A stretch of DNA of 64,000 bases, from assembly GCA_963748815.1 (NCBI GenBank), contig CAVVKJ010000005.1, positions 384,001-448,000 of the forward strand, given 5' to 3'. Numbering within the stretch: the stretch's first letter is position 1; each line of letters opens with the position of its first letter. The notes below the pieces were generated by a model. It searched no databases. It saw only the letters and a program-made list of their open reading frames with translations, and was not told the DNA's origin. Origin of the DNA: an uncultured Gemmatimonadales bacterium. Its GTDB lineage: Bacteria; Gemmatimonadota; Gemmatimonadetes; Gemmatimonadales; GWC2-71-9. The translations under genes were made by a program, and so were the position numbers. This document shows, piece after piece, positions 10,686 to 20,106 of this stretch.

Positions 10686-12191
10686 ATGGCTGTGCAGATC
10701 CTCCTCACCATGGACGACCTCGAGACCGCAGTGCCCCTCAACGCCGCGCTCGAGAGCGCCGGCTTCGCGACGACGATGGTCTCGGCGATGGACGACGTCC
10801 GCTCCGTCTTTCGGCGCGAGGGCCCGGAGCTCCTCATCCTGACCGGCGCGGTGCACGAGTCGCCCGCCGTCGCCCTCGTCACGATGGCGCGCGAGGCCGA
10901 GGTGTCGACGCTCGCGCTCATCGAACCGACCGACTCCGAGCGGGCCGAGCGGGTCGCGCGCCTCGGCGTCACCGCGGTGATGAGCAAGCCGATCGTCCCC
11001 GACGACGTGGTCGGGGTCGCGGGGCGCCTCGTCGCACGGCGCCGTCTGCAGCAGCGGACCGGCATCAGCGGTGAGAGTGCCGCGGTGCAGGAAGTGCTCG
11101 TCAAGATCGAGCAGATGGCGCCGGTGTCGAGCACGGTGCTCGTCCAGGGCGAGTCGGGCACCGGGAAGGAACTGGTGGCGCGGGCCATCCACGATCTCTC
11201 GCCACGGGTGGGGAAGCCGTTCATCGCGGTGGACTGCGCCGCCATTCCCGACACGCTCCTGGAATCGGAACTGTTCGGGCACGAAAAGGGGGCGTTTACC
11301 GGCGCCGCCGAGCGGCGGCTCGGGCGGTTCGAGCTCGCCGACACCGGCACGATCTTCCTCGACGAAATCGGCGACATTCCCCCCTCCACGCAGGTCAAGC
11401 TGCTGCGGGTGCTGGAGAATCGCGCCTTCTTTCGCGTCGGCGGGACGCAGCCGATCAAGGTCGACGTGCGGGTGGTGGCCGCCACGAATCGCAACCTCCG
11501 CGATGCGGTGCAATTGGGTGAGTTCCGCGACGATTTGTATTACCGGCTCAGCGTGCTCAATATCTATCTTCCACCGCTCCGGGAGCGGCGGGAGGACATC
11601 CCCCTGCTGGTCCGGCGCTTCATCCGGGAGTTCGCCAAGGCCCACGACCGCCCCTTTCGGGGCATCGCGCCTGAGGCGCTGGAGCGGCTTGTTGCGGCAC
11701 CCTGGCCGGGGAACGTTCGCCAGCTCCGGAACCTGGTCGAATCGATGGTGGTGCTGGCCCCAGGGACCGAGATTCGCCCCAGCGACATCCCCCACGATGT
11801 GCTGGAAGGGGCGGGGTCCCTCCTGCCGGTGCGCCTCCCCCAGCCGGGGCGGGACGTTTCCGGTCAGGAATTGGAGTTTATCTTACGTAATATCATGGAC
11901 TTACGGCTCCAGATGGAGGAGCTCCGCCGCCGGATGGATTCGGGTCCCCAGCGGGTCCAGATCATCGACCTCGGGGATAGGCAGCCGGTGGCCGATCTGG
12001 CGGGAGACCTCAACGGGGAGGACCTCGGGGCCATCCTGTACCGGTCTGGCATGACAATGGCTGAGGTGGAGAAGAGGGCCATCGAGGCGGCCCTTGAGGA
12101 GCACCGCGGCAACCGTCGGAAAGCTGCGGAGGTCCTGGGGATCGGTGAGCGGACACTCTACCGGAAAATCAAGGCGTTCGAACTGGGCTAA
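10686..12191 (+). CDS. sigma54-dependent transcriptional activator with atypical receiver-like domain
   Basis: [46 protein letters not shown] and Fis-type HTH. Confidence 0.93.
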   Translation: MAVQILLTMDDLETAVPLNAALESAGFATTMVSAMDDVRSVFRREGPELLILTGAVHESPAVALVTMAREAEVSTLALIEPTDSERAERVARLGVTAVMSKPIVPDDVVGVAGRLVARRRLQQRTGISGESAAVQEVLVKIEQMAPVSSTVLVQGESGTGKELVARAIHDLSPRVGKPFIAVDCAAIPDTLLESELFGHEKGAFTGAAERRLGRFELADTGTIFLDEIGDIPPSTQVKLLRVLENRAFFRVGGTQPIKVDVRVVAATNRNLRDAVQLGEFRDDLYYRLSVLNIYLPPLRERREDIPLLVRRFIREFAKAHDRPFRGIAPEALERLVAAPWPGNVRQLRNLVESMVVLAPGTEIRPSDIPHDVLEGAGSLLPVRLPQPGRDVSGQELEFILRNIMDLRLQMEELRRRMDSGPQRVQIIDLGDRQPVADLAGDLNGEDLGAILYRSGMTMAEVEKRAIEAALEEHRGNRRKAAEVLGIGERTLYRKIKAFELG

Positions 12192-12227
12192 GTGGTTGTT
12201 TTCTTGATATTTGCGGGGTGTCACCTC

Positions 12228-12256
12228 TTGACAGTTCTCAGGTCCGGGCCAATATT
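12228..12256 (+). promoter_or_regulatory. sigma70-like promoter
   Basis: TTGACA-17 nt-AATATT upstream of GGAGG and the GTG at 12293. Confidence 0.5.
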
Positions 12257-12292
12257 GACGATGGCACGCTCCCCTAGGCCGTGGGGGAGGGC

Positions 12293-13987
12293 GTGATCTT
12301 TTCGATCGACTCCGAAGCCTGCGTGGCCTGTCTGGCCTGCGTCCGCGTCTGTCCGACGGAAGCGGTCGCCGTGGACGGGGAGCAGGTGCAGATCGTGGAT
12401 GAGGCGTGCATTGCGTGCGGCGAGTGTCTGCCGGCGTGCCCGCATCAGGCCATCCACGCGAGCGGAGAAATCGGTCGCGCGCTGACGGTCGCGGCTCGGG
12501 GCGACGGCATTCTGATCCTGAGTTCGGAAGCGACGGCGCACTTTTTCCCGGCTACGCCGGAGCAGGTGGTCAACGCCTGCTACGCGGCCGGGTTCCGCAC
12601 GGTGCATCGCGGGGTCATCGGCGATGAACTCGTGGCGGCGGAGTACTTGAGTCTCTGGCGTGACGAGGGGTGGGGCACGCTGATCCGGTCCACCGATCCG
12701 GTGGTGGTCGAGACGGTGCGCATCGATTACCCCGAGCTGGTGCCGTACCTGGCGCCGGTCACGATACCTGCGGTGGCGGAGGCGCGGTATCTTCGCGCGC
12801 AGCACGGGCAGGAGCTTCGCATCGTGTACGCCGGCGTCGCGGCGCCGCGGAACACGCCGGAGCTCGATGCCGCCGTCACCTTCGACGACCTCGAGCGGAT
12901 CTTTCAGTTGCGGGGCGTCTCGGTGCTCGCGCAGGCCGATTTCTTCGCGCGGATTCCCGAGGAACGGCGCCGGCACCTGAGCGCCGCGGGCGGCCTGCCG
13001 CTCGCCATGCTCGAGGAGGCGCGCCACGCGAGCCGCCGGTTCCGCACCATGCGGGGGCTCAAGCACCTGCCGGCGCTGGCCCAGGCGGTGGCGGTCGACC
13101 GGCTGGACCTGGGGTTCGTGGACCTGCTCTCCTTCGAGGGGGGGCTCGACCACCCGCTGCTCGGTCCGAAGGACCAGCTCTACTGGCGGCGCGCCCTCCT
13201 CGCGAGCGCGGAGCCGCCGCGGAGCCCGCGACCGGTGGTGGATGGAGCGGTGGTGGCGAGTATCGGGGCCACGTTCGACATCCGGCCCCGGCGGCTGGCG
13301 TCCGATCCGACCGCGGTGGCAGCCTTGCTCGACGCCATCGGTCCGGGGCCCAATGGGCGCCCTTGGGACTGCGGGGCCTGCGGCTTCACCACCTGCGCGC
13401 GGTTCGCGTCCGCGGCGGTGCTCGGCCGGGCGACGCTCCGCCAGTGCCCGCCGTACCAGGAGCGCCGCGCGGAAGAGGCCTCGCGCGAGGCGGCGGTGGA
13501 CCTGCTGACCGGACTCGCCACCTTCCGGGTGCTGCGCGACCGGCTGAGCCACGAGATTGAACGGAGCAAGCGCAGCGAGGAAGGGTTCGCGGTGCTGTTC
13601 ATCGACCTCGACCGCTTCAAGCTGCTGAACGACCGGTTCGGGCACGAGGCAGGCAACGAGGTCCTGAAGGCGGTGGCGGCGGAAATCCGGAGCGCAGTGC
13701 GCGCCTCCGACCTTGCCGCCCGCTACGGAGGCGACGAGTTCGTCGTCATCCTGACCCGCACCGACCTCCATGGCGCCCGCCGAGTGGCGGAGGCGCTTCG
13801 GGCCGGCATCGAAGGGGTCGGGCGCCGACTGGGGTACGAGGTCGGGGTCGTGACCGTTAGCATCGGGCTGGCCGAGTTCGACCCGGCGAGCCCCACCGAG
13901 GGCGACCTGCTGGTGACCGCCGATCGCGCCTTGTACCAGGCCAAGGCCACGGGCCGGAACGCCGTGGCCAACGAAGGGGCCGCCTGA
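12293..13987 (+). CDS. Fe-S diguanylate cyclase: 2x[4Fe-4S] ferredoxin + degenerate [FeFe]-hydrogenase-like domain + FeS domain + GGDEF
   Basis: CVACLACVRVCP, CIACGECLPACP, CGACGFTTC..C, DLDRFK, RASD and ARYGGDEF. Confidence 0.85.
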   Translation: MIFSIDSEACVACLACVRVCPTEAVAVDGEQVQIVDEACIACGECLPACPHQAIHASGEIGRALTVAARGDGILILSSEATAHFFPATPEQVVNACYAAGFRTVHRGVIGDELVAAEYLSLWRDEGWGTLIRSTDPVVVETVRIDYPELVPYLAPVTIPAVAEARYLRAQHGQELRIVYAGVAAPRNTPELDAAVTFDDLERIFQLRGVSVLAQADFFARIPEERRRHLSAAGGLPLAMLEEARHASRRFRTMRGLKHLPALAQAVAVDRLDLGFVDLLSFEGGLDHPLLGPKDQLYWRRALLASAEPPRSPRPVVDGAVVASIGATFDIRPRRLASDPTAVAALLDAIGPGPNGRPWDCGACGFTTCARFASAAVLGRATLRQCPPYQERRAEEASREAAVDLLTGLATFRVLRDRLSHEIERSKRSEEGFAVLFIDLDRFKLLNDRFGHEAGNEVLKAVAAEIRSAVRASDLAARYGGDEFVVILTRTDLHGARRVAEALRAGIEGVGRRLGYEVGVVTVSIGLAEFDPASPTEGDLLVTADRALYQAKATGRNAVANEGAA

Positions 13988-14031
13988 GGGCGGCCGCAGC
14001 CCCCACAGGCATTCAGCGACAGGACATCGAG

Positions 14032-14787
14032 ATGGCGTTCAATTCCGCGAGGCAGTCCGACGCCGGCTTCCAGGCCGCGCGCACCACGCCAAGTGGTGGG
14101 CACGGTGGTGAGGCGCCCGATCCCTGGGGCGTGCGCCGGGCGGAAAACCTCCTGACCACGCTCGAGGGGATTCTCTCCGCGCGGGTCGTCACCACGCCGC
14201 TCGGCGAGGTGAGCGAGGTGCACATCCTGGCCCAGTCGGGGCTCGCGCCGAAGCAGCTGGTGCGGAACATCGAGTCGGCGCTCCTGGCGCAGCTCGGCCT
14301 CCGGGTGGACCACCGCAAGATCAGCATCGCGCAGACGGCGGACGTCAAGCCGATCGAGGCGCTCGAAAAGGAGGCGGTGCGGAGCCAGGCGCTCCACCGG
14401 GCCATCCTCTTCGAGGACCTGACGGTGGCGCCGGGCAAGCGCGCGCACCGGATCACCATCAGCGTGAGCCTCAGCTTCCTCGGCCGGAAGGAAACGGCGG
14501 AAGAGGAGAGCAGTGACACGCCGCGGAGCCGGGTAGAGGCGGCGGCGCGGGCCACGGTCTTGGTGCTCGACCGGTTGCTGGAGGACTCGTCGGTGGCGCT
14601 CGAGGGGGCCAAGATCGTCCCCGCCTTCGACCGGGACTTCGTGTTCGTGGCGGTGCAGGGGCTGGGCGGGCGCGAGTCGCTCGTGCTGACCGGCAGCGCG
14701 CAGATCAAGGAAAGCGCCGAGCGGGCCGCGGTCTTTGCGGTGCTCGACGCAACCAACCGATGGACGGAACTCCGCCGACCGCGATAG
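14032..14787 (+). CDS. conserved hypothetical protein; C-terminal LeuA-allosteric-like fold
   Basis: host-like codon usage; EVHILA..PKQLVRNIESAL..DHRKISIAQ N-domain; C-domain of two beta3-alpha units ending AVLDATNR. Confidence 0.75.
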   Translation: MAFNSARQSDAGFQAARTTPSGGHGGEAPDPWGVRRAENLLTTLEGILSARVVTTPLGEVSEVHILAQSGLAPKQLVRNIESALLAQLGLRVDHRKISIAQTADVKPIEALEKEAVRSQALHRAILFEDLTVAPGKRAHRITISVSLSFLGRKETAEEESSDTPRSRVEAAARATVLVLDRLLEDSSVALEGAKIVPAFDRDFVFVAVQGLGGRESLVLTGSAQIKESAERAAVFAVLDATNRWTELRRPR

Positions 14788-14800
14788 GCGCGGGCGGCGA

Positions 14801-14950
14801 TTCTACCAACCCGAGCGGAGGGAACAGAGCGAGGTAGGGGGTCGAGTCTTCAAGAGGCAGCGGAGACTAGCGGACAACAGAGCGGAGCGTCTGGTAGGCC
14901 ATAGCGAGGCCGACCACTTCCCGAGTCACTGATGTACTCGAAGGGAGGTG
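14801..14950 (+). promoter_or_regulatory. putative structured cis-regulatory leader with repeats and an anti-SD hairpin
   Basis: six AGCG(G/A)(A/G)(G/C) units in predicted loops and junctions; CACTTCCC pairs with GGGAGGTG. Confidence 0.6.
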
Positions 14951-14956
14951 ACGCTC

Positions 14957-15037
14957 ATGTTGCAGATTACTTGGCTTGCCGCCGCTGTGAAGTTCGTGGC
15001 GAATCTGTTCCTGGCCGAAGGCCAGGACTGGGCCTAG
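14957..15037 (+). CDS. 26-aa peptide MLQITWLAAAVKFVANLFLAEGQDWA
   Basis: strong SD AAGGGAGGTGA just upstream of ATG; fills the gap before the HD-GYP gene; absent from the ORF track. Confidence 0.72.
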   Translation: MLQITWLAAAVKFVANLFLAEGQDWA

Positions 15038-15080
15038 TTAGGGCCTGATGCCTCGACCCCCCACCGAGCTGTTCCAATCC

Positions 15081-16484
15081 ATGAGATCACTCACCAAGAC
15101 CAATCTGTTCATCGCGTTCATGGCTTCTGTCGCCGTGGCGCTGGGCGTGTTGGCTTGGCAGCATCGGCAGCCCTCCCCGGGCATTTGGCCGCTTCTCAGC
15201 TTCATCTTCATGGCGTTTCTGGTGGAGCAGAGCACTACGGAGCTCAAGGTTTCCGCGCGCGGGTCGACCTCCTTCGTGATGCATATGTCCGCCGGTTTGA
15301 TTTTTGGTGGATTTTGGGGTGGGGTAGTCGCAGCTTCCTCAACGGCTCTTGGGCAACTGTCGATTGGTAACCCACCAGCAAAGACGCTGTTCAATATCGC
15401 CCAGCGCGCGGCATCTGTGCTTATCGCTGTTCTTGTCTATCGCCTGCTCGAAGGCGGCCTACCTCCTGCATACATGCAAGTCGTTGGAACTGTTGAGTCC
15501 TCGGCGATTCAGCGGGACTTCTTCCTATTCTTCGCATATGCCGCAACGTACTTCGTAGTGAATTCTATGGCGGTGAGTGGGGTTGTGGCGCTGAGCGCGG
15601 AGCGCTCATTCCGAGATGTGTGGAGCCTCAACACCCGCGGTGTCATCGGGTACGACCTCGGGGCCAGCGCCATCGCCCTGCTGCTGGCGTGGCTCTATAC
15701 CTGGTTCCAGGCCACTTGGGAGCTCGGCTCCATCGGTCTGGTCCTGGTGGTGATTCCGATTGTGGCGGTGCGGCATGTGTACGGGCTCTACCACCAGTTG
15801 CAGGAGAGCGGCCAGGAACTCCTCCAGGTGATGGTCAAGGCCATCGAGGCCCGCGACCCCTACACCTCCGGCCACTCCCTCCGGGTGAGCCAGCTTTCCC
15901 GGCTCATTGCGCTGGAAATGGGCCTCCAGATTCGCGACGTGGAACAGGTGCACACCGCCGCGCTGCTGCACGACGTCGGCAAGATTCACGAGGAGTTCGC
16001 GCCGCTGCTGCGGAAGGAAGACCGGCTGACCGCCGACGAAACGGCGCTGATGCAGACCCACTCCGCCCGGAGCGCCGAGCTGGTGGGGATCATCTCGAAG
16101 TTTCGCGGCTTCATCCAGGAGTCGGTGCGCCACCACCACGAGCGGTGGGACGGGAAGGGATACCCGGCCGGCCTCTCCGGGCACGAGATCCCGCTGGCCT
16201 CCCGGATCATCCTGGTGGCCGACACCATCGACGCCATGACCACCGACCGCCCCTACCGGAAGCGGCTCCCGCTCGAAGTCGTCATCGCGGAGCTCCAGAA
16301 GTGCCGCGGCGGGCAGTTCGACCCCGAGGTGGTGGAACATGTGGTATCGTCCGTCGCGGTGCGACGTCTGATCACCGTCGGTGTCGAATCGTCTCCGATG
16401 CCTGCCACTGTCACAGTCTCCGACCCCGGCGCCACTCGTGCTGGATGGGCGAAGAAGTCGTTCTGGAAGGGGCGGTCGGCCTAG
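15081..16484 (+). CDS. membrane-anchored HD-GYP c-di-GMP phosphodiesterase (MASE-like sensor); start may be 15048
   Basis: about 7 TM helices, then EARDPYTSGHS, LHDVGKI, HHERWDGKGYP and DAMTTDRPYRK. Confidence 0.92.
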   Translation: MRSLTKTNLFIAFMASVAVALGVLAWQHRQPSPGIWPLLSFIFMAFLVEQSTTELKVSARGSTSFVMHMSAGLIFGGFWGGVVAASSTALGQLSIGNPPAKTLFNIAQRAASVLIAVLVYRLLEGGLPPAYMQVVGTVESSAIQRDFFLFFAYAATYFVVNSMAVSGVVALSAERSFRDVWSLNTRGVIGYDLGASAIALLLAWLYTWFQATWELGSIGLVLVVIPIVAVRHVYGLYHQLQESGQELLQVMVKAIEARDPYTSGHSLRVSQLSRLIALEMGLQIRDVEQVHTAALLHDVGKIHEEFAPLLRKEDRLTADETALMQTHSARSAELVGIISKFRGFIQESVRHHHERWDGKGYPAGLSGHEIPLASRIILVADTIDAMTTDRPYRKRLPLEVVIAELQKCRGGQFDPEVVEHVVSSVAVRRLITVGVESSPMPATVTVSDPGATRAGWAKKSFWKGRSA

Positions 16485-16499
16485 CAGAGCCGAGACTTC

Positions 16500-19400
16500 T
16501 CAGATATCGAGCATCCCGAAAGCTCGCAGTTCATTTGCAGCTCCCAATGGGAGCTTAACCAGCCTCCTCCACATCTCCTCTCGTTCCCCCTCATCGGCAT
16601 CATTGGACTTGTGAATCGAGCCAGACCTTGGCGTTCAGGACCTCGGCCTGATCAATACTGTCTAGGGAATCTCTGGCGCGACAAGAGTGTCGCTAGGGCT
16701 AGTGCGCGCCTCTTCGATGGGGATGTCGCCGTTCGCGGCACTCTTGGCAAGCCATCGTGCGAAGGGACCAGCAAGAGAATCGGATTGAAGCTTCTCGCAT
16801 CTCCCCCGTCAGTGCCCCTATCGCGCTTTCCTGCGCCTCCCTGTTTCGTCCAAGTAAGGCGAGGACGTCGGCTGCGCGTAGCTGCCACAACTGGCGTACC
16901 CAACGTTGATCGACATGTTGAAGGGCTGCATTTCCTCGACGGAGTTCATCCAGGGCTTCCATTGTTTCACCACGAAGTGCATGGCCCTCTGCCAGGATGT
17001 AGTGGAGATTTTGATCAAGAATATCGATCTGTTGACTTCCACTTCTCGCCGGTGGCCCTGCTCGCCCATTGCAACTGGGCGTCCTGAATTGCCAAGTCGC
17101 GAATGGAACAGTGCAATGTTTGCAAGGAAAGAGCCGCAGCCGGCGCTCTTCGCCCATTTCACGCGCCGCAGCCACTCCACGCTCCCCGATAGCAAGCGCA
17201 ACTTCGTATTCGCCTAGGCTGCTATGGATAGCGCAACGCCCCAACAGTAGGGCGAGGTAGACTGAGTTCTTGATCTTGTTGGCCTCAAGGTCACCGATGA
17301 CCTCATCTATGACTTCAAGGCTGCGCGCTCGGTCGCCAGAGAAGTAGAGGCACAAGGCCTTGCCCAAGGGCGTATTCCCCCTTGTCCTCCAGGGAAAGTG
17401 CGCTGAACTCTTCGCTCTCAAGTTGCTTCCAGATGTCTGCGAGCAACGATCTGTCTCGGGTACTCCCGAAATAGTCTCGCTGCAATCCACAGTGCCCGAA
17501 GTCGCGTGTTGGGCTCTTCTGCCGATCTCGCTTCGCGGAGAAGATTCATTGCAATATCCCGACTCCGATCTGCCGTCCGGTCGTTTACTAGTTGTTCTGC
17601 GTAGAGCCGCAACACGTTTCGTCTTGTGAGAATCTCTGCGCGGGACGAGGCTCTGGACCGCGTCAAGCGACGCCATCGACTCCCGCATCCTCCCTTGTTC
17701 CTGGAGCGACTCTCCGAGCAGAAGGAGGGCTTCGCTCTTGTCCGGCTCCTTGAGCCGATCCATTGCCGTGGAGAGCCCACGCTCCGCCTCGTGCGGGGCC
17801 CCTCCGCGCATCGACTCCCGCGCCCCACGCAACAGATAGGGTGTCGCCTCATCGGGCCTCCCGGCGCGGATCAGGTGCCAGGCGATTTCCAGCCCCGGGA
17901 TCCGCCCGCCGTTCGCCTCGATGGCGAGCAGCCGGGAGACGACCTCGCCGTGCAGCGCCGTCCGCATCGGCTTGGGAATGCCGAGGTACGCATGCCCCCG
18001 CGTCAATTCGTTCACGAATTCGAGTCGCTCCTCCGTTTCGCGCAGCAACCGGGATGACCGGAGCGCCTCCATCGACTGACCCGTCGCGCCGAGCCCCAGG
18101 TCCACGATCTGGTACATCGGGAATTCGTTCAGTCTCGGCCCCAACACCGCCGCGAGCTGCAGCGCCAGACGTGCCGGTGCGTCGAGCCCCTCACAGATCC
18201 GGTCCAGCGCCATCCGGTAGGCATCTTCCGGGGGTGAGCGTTGACCCAACTCCTCGCGCATCGCCGGGACGGCGAGCGCGAGGCTGCCTTCGCCGCTGCT
18301 GATCCACTCGCTTACGAAGAGCTCGAGTGCGAGCGGATATCCCCCTGCGGCGCGGAGCATGGCGTCGCGCACCGATTTCCCCGGATCGGGACCGTCGGCG
18401 GTCAGCGTGTCGAGCATCTCGGCCGCCTCGTCCGGCGCCATTGGCGGCACCTCGAGGGAGACAAACCCGAGCCGGGTGTGGCTCTCGCGCAGGCGGGCGA
18501 TGTTCGGCGACTCGTTGGGACCCGTGGGCCGCGCGGCCAGCGCGATCATGACCCGCTCGGACTCGAACCGGCGGGCGAGAAGGTGGATCACGGACAGGCT
18601 GGCGTCGTCCGCCATGTGGAAGTCATCGACGACCAGCATCACCGGGGTCTCCTCGGCGATGGTCCGGAGCAGCGACTCCATCGCGTCGGTCACCCGAATG
18701 CGGAACGACTCCCCGTGGAGCTGCAGGGACGGGGGAAGGCTGGGGAATTGCTCCCGGAGCGCCGGAACCGCCTGGCTCAGGTCGGCCAACGACTGGGGAG
18801 AGGTGCCCAGCGCCTCGGGGCGCTCAAGCAGTCCGCGGACCAGCGCGCCGAGGGCGGCGTAGGGAATCTCCCGCTCCAACTCGTAGCACTGCACCCGGCT
18901 GGTGACGGCCCCGTCGAGGCTGACGGCCGTCATCAGCCGCTGCAGCAGGGTGCTCTTGCCGATGCCCGATTCGCCCAGGACCAGGGCGTGCGTGGGGACG
19001 CCGCGCGTGGTGCGCTCCCAGGCTTCGTACATCGTCTGGTACTCGGCGGTCCGACCGATGAAGGTGCGATCCCGCCATTGCTCGGTGGGGACGCGCGGGC
19101 GGTTGCCGTCGCCGCCCCCCTCGAGTGTCCCGCGGCGGAGGCGCCTCGCCATCGCCTCGAGCTGCTCGGAAGGCTCGGCGTGCAGTTCGGTATGGAGATC
19201 ATGCTTCCAGGTCTCGAACGCCTTGAGGGCGCCGATGCGGTCGCCGGCGAACGCCCGCGCTTCGATCCGTGCCCGGATCGCCGCTTCGCTCAGTGCATTG
19301 TGGCGCAGGGTCCGCTCGGCGAGTGGTTCGATGCCGGTGAAGTCTCCCGTCCGGCGGCAGTAGTCCATCTGGCGGACCAGTGCCGCCTCGATCGAGGGCC

Positions 19401-19836
19401 AGAGCCGGGCGCGCTGCTGGTCGCGCCAATGGTTGAAGCTGGGAGCGTCCGGGACGTCGAAGTCCTCGAGAAAGGCATCCACCTCGAGGGCAGGCAGAAG
19501 GTCCGTGGCCAGGACCTCCCCCCGTTGCAGCCGGTCCAGGTCACACTCCAGCTGGACCGTGGTGCGAATGGTGTAGGTGTCGCCGGGGAACGACTTGGGA
19601 CCCACCCGGTTCCGGAGTGCCCAGATGGCGGTCCCCATCGAATGGCGCGCCTCGTTCATCCCGGCGTTCGACCAAAGGAGGTCGGCAAGCCGCTCGCGAC
19701 GGATGGGAGCCCGCCCCTCCATGGTGAGATAGATCAGGAGCGCGAGCTGCTTTTGGGTCCTGAGGCGGATCGGGCTCCCGCTGGCGTCGAGGAGGGCGGG
19801 ATGACCCAGACAACGGAGGTATGCGGGCTTGCCCAT
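16500..19836 (-). CDS. SARP/BTAD + AAA ATPase (STAND) + TPR regulator; several frameshifts in the 3' third
   Basis: RRERLADLLW, FNHWRDQQR, GESGIGKS and VDDFHMAD motifs; TPR-like pieces continue in shifting frames to ..ELRAFGMLDI* at 16500. Confidence 0.8.
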
Positions 19837-20106
19837 CGAAGGCTCCGGTAGCGTGGTGCGGATACCATGGGGTCGCGGGCTCAACGGGGGATCAACGACG
19901 AGAGGATCAGGTGTTGAGAGATTGTAATGTTCCTCGCCTCCGCGATTTGTCCAGAGCCCTGCATCACGGTTCGCAAGCCTTTTCCCTGCAACGTGTTGCA
20001 CGTCACGGTACGGCCCCGATGTTGCGACTCTCTCCTTTGACTCGGTAGATTGCCCCGCCTTTGTGACCCCGCGCACTCCCCATTGCGCCTCAATCGGAGA
20101 TTCTCA

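Noticed and set aside
12262..12278. Sigma54 promoter (TGGCACG)
   Set aside because: No -12 TTGC at the required spacing.
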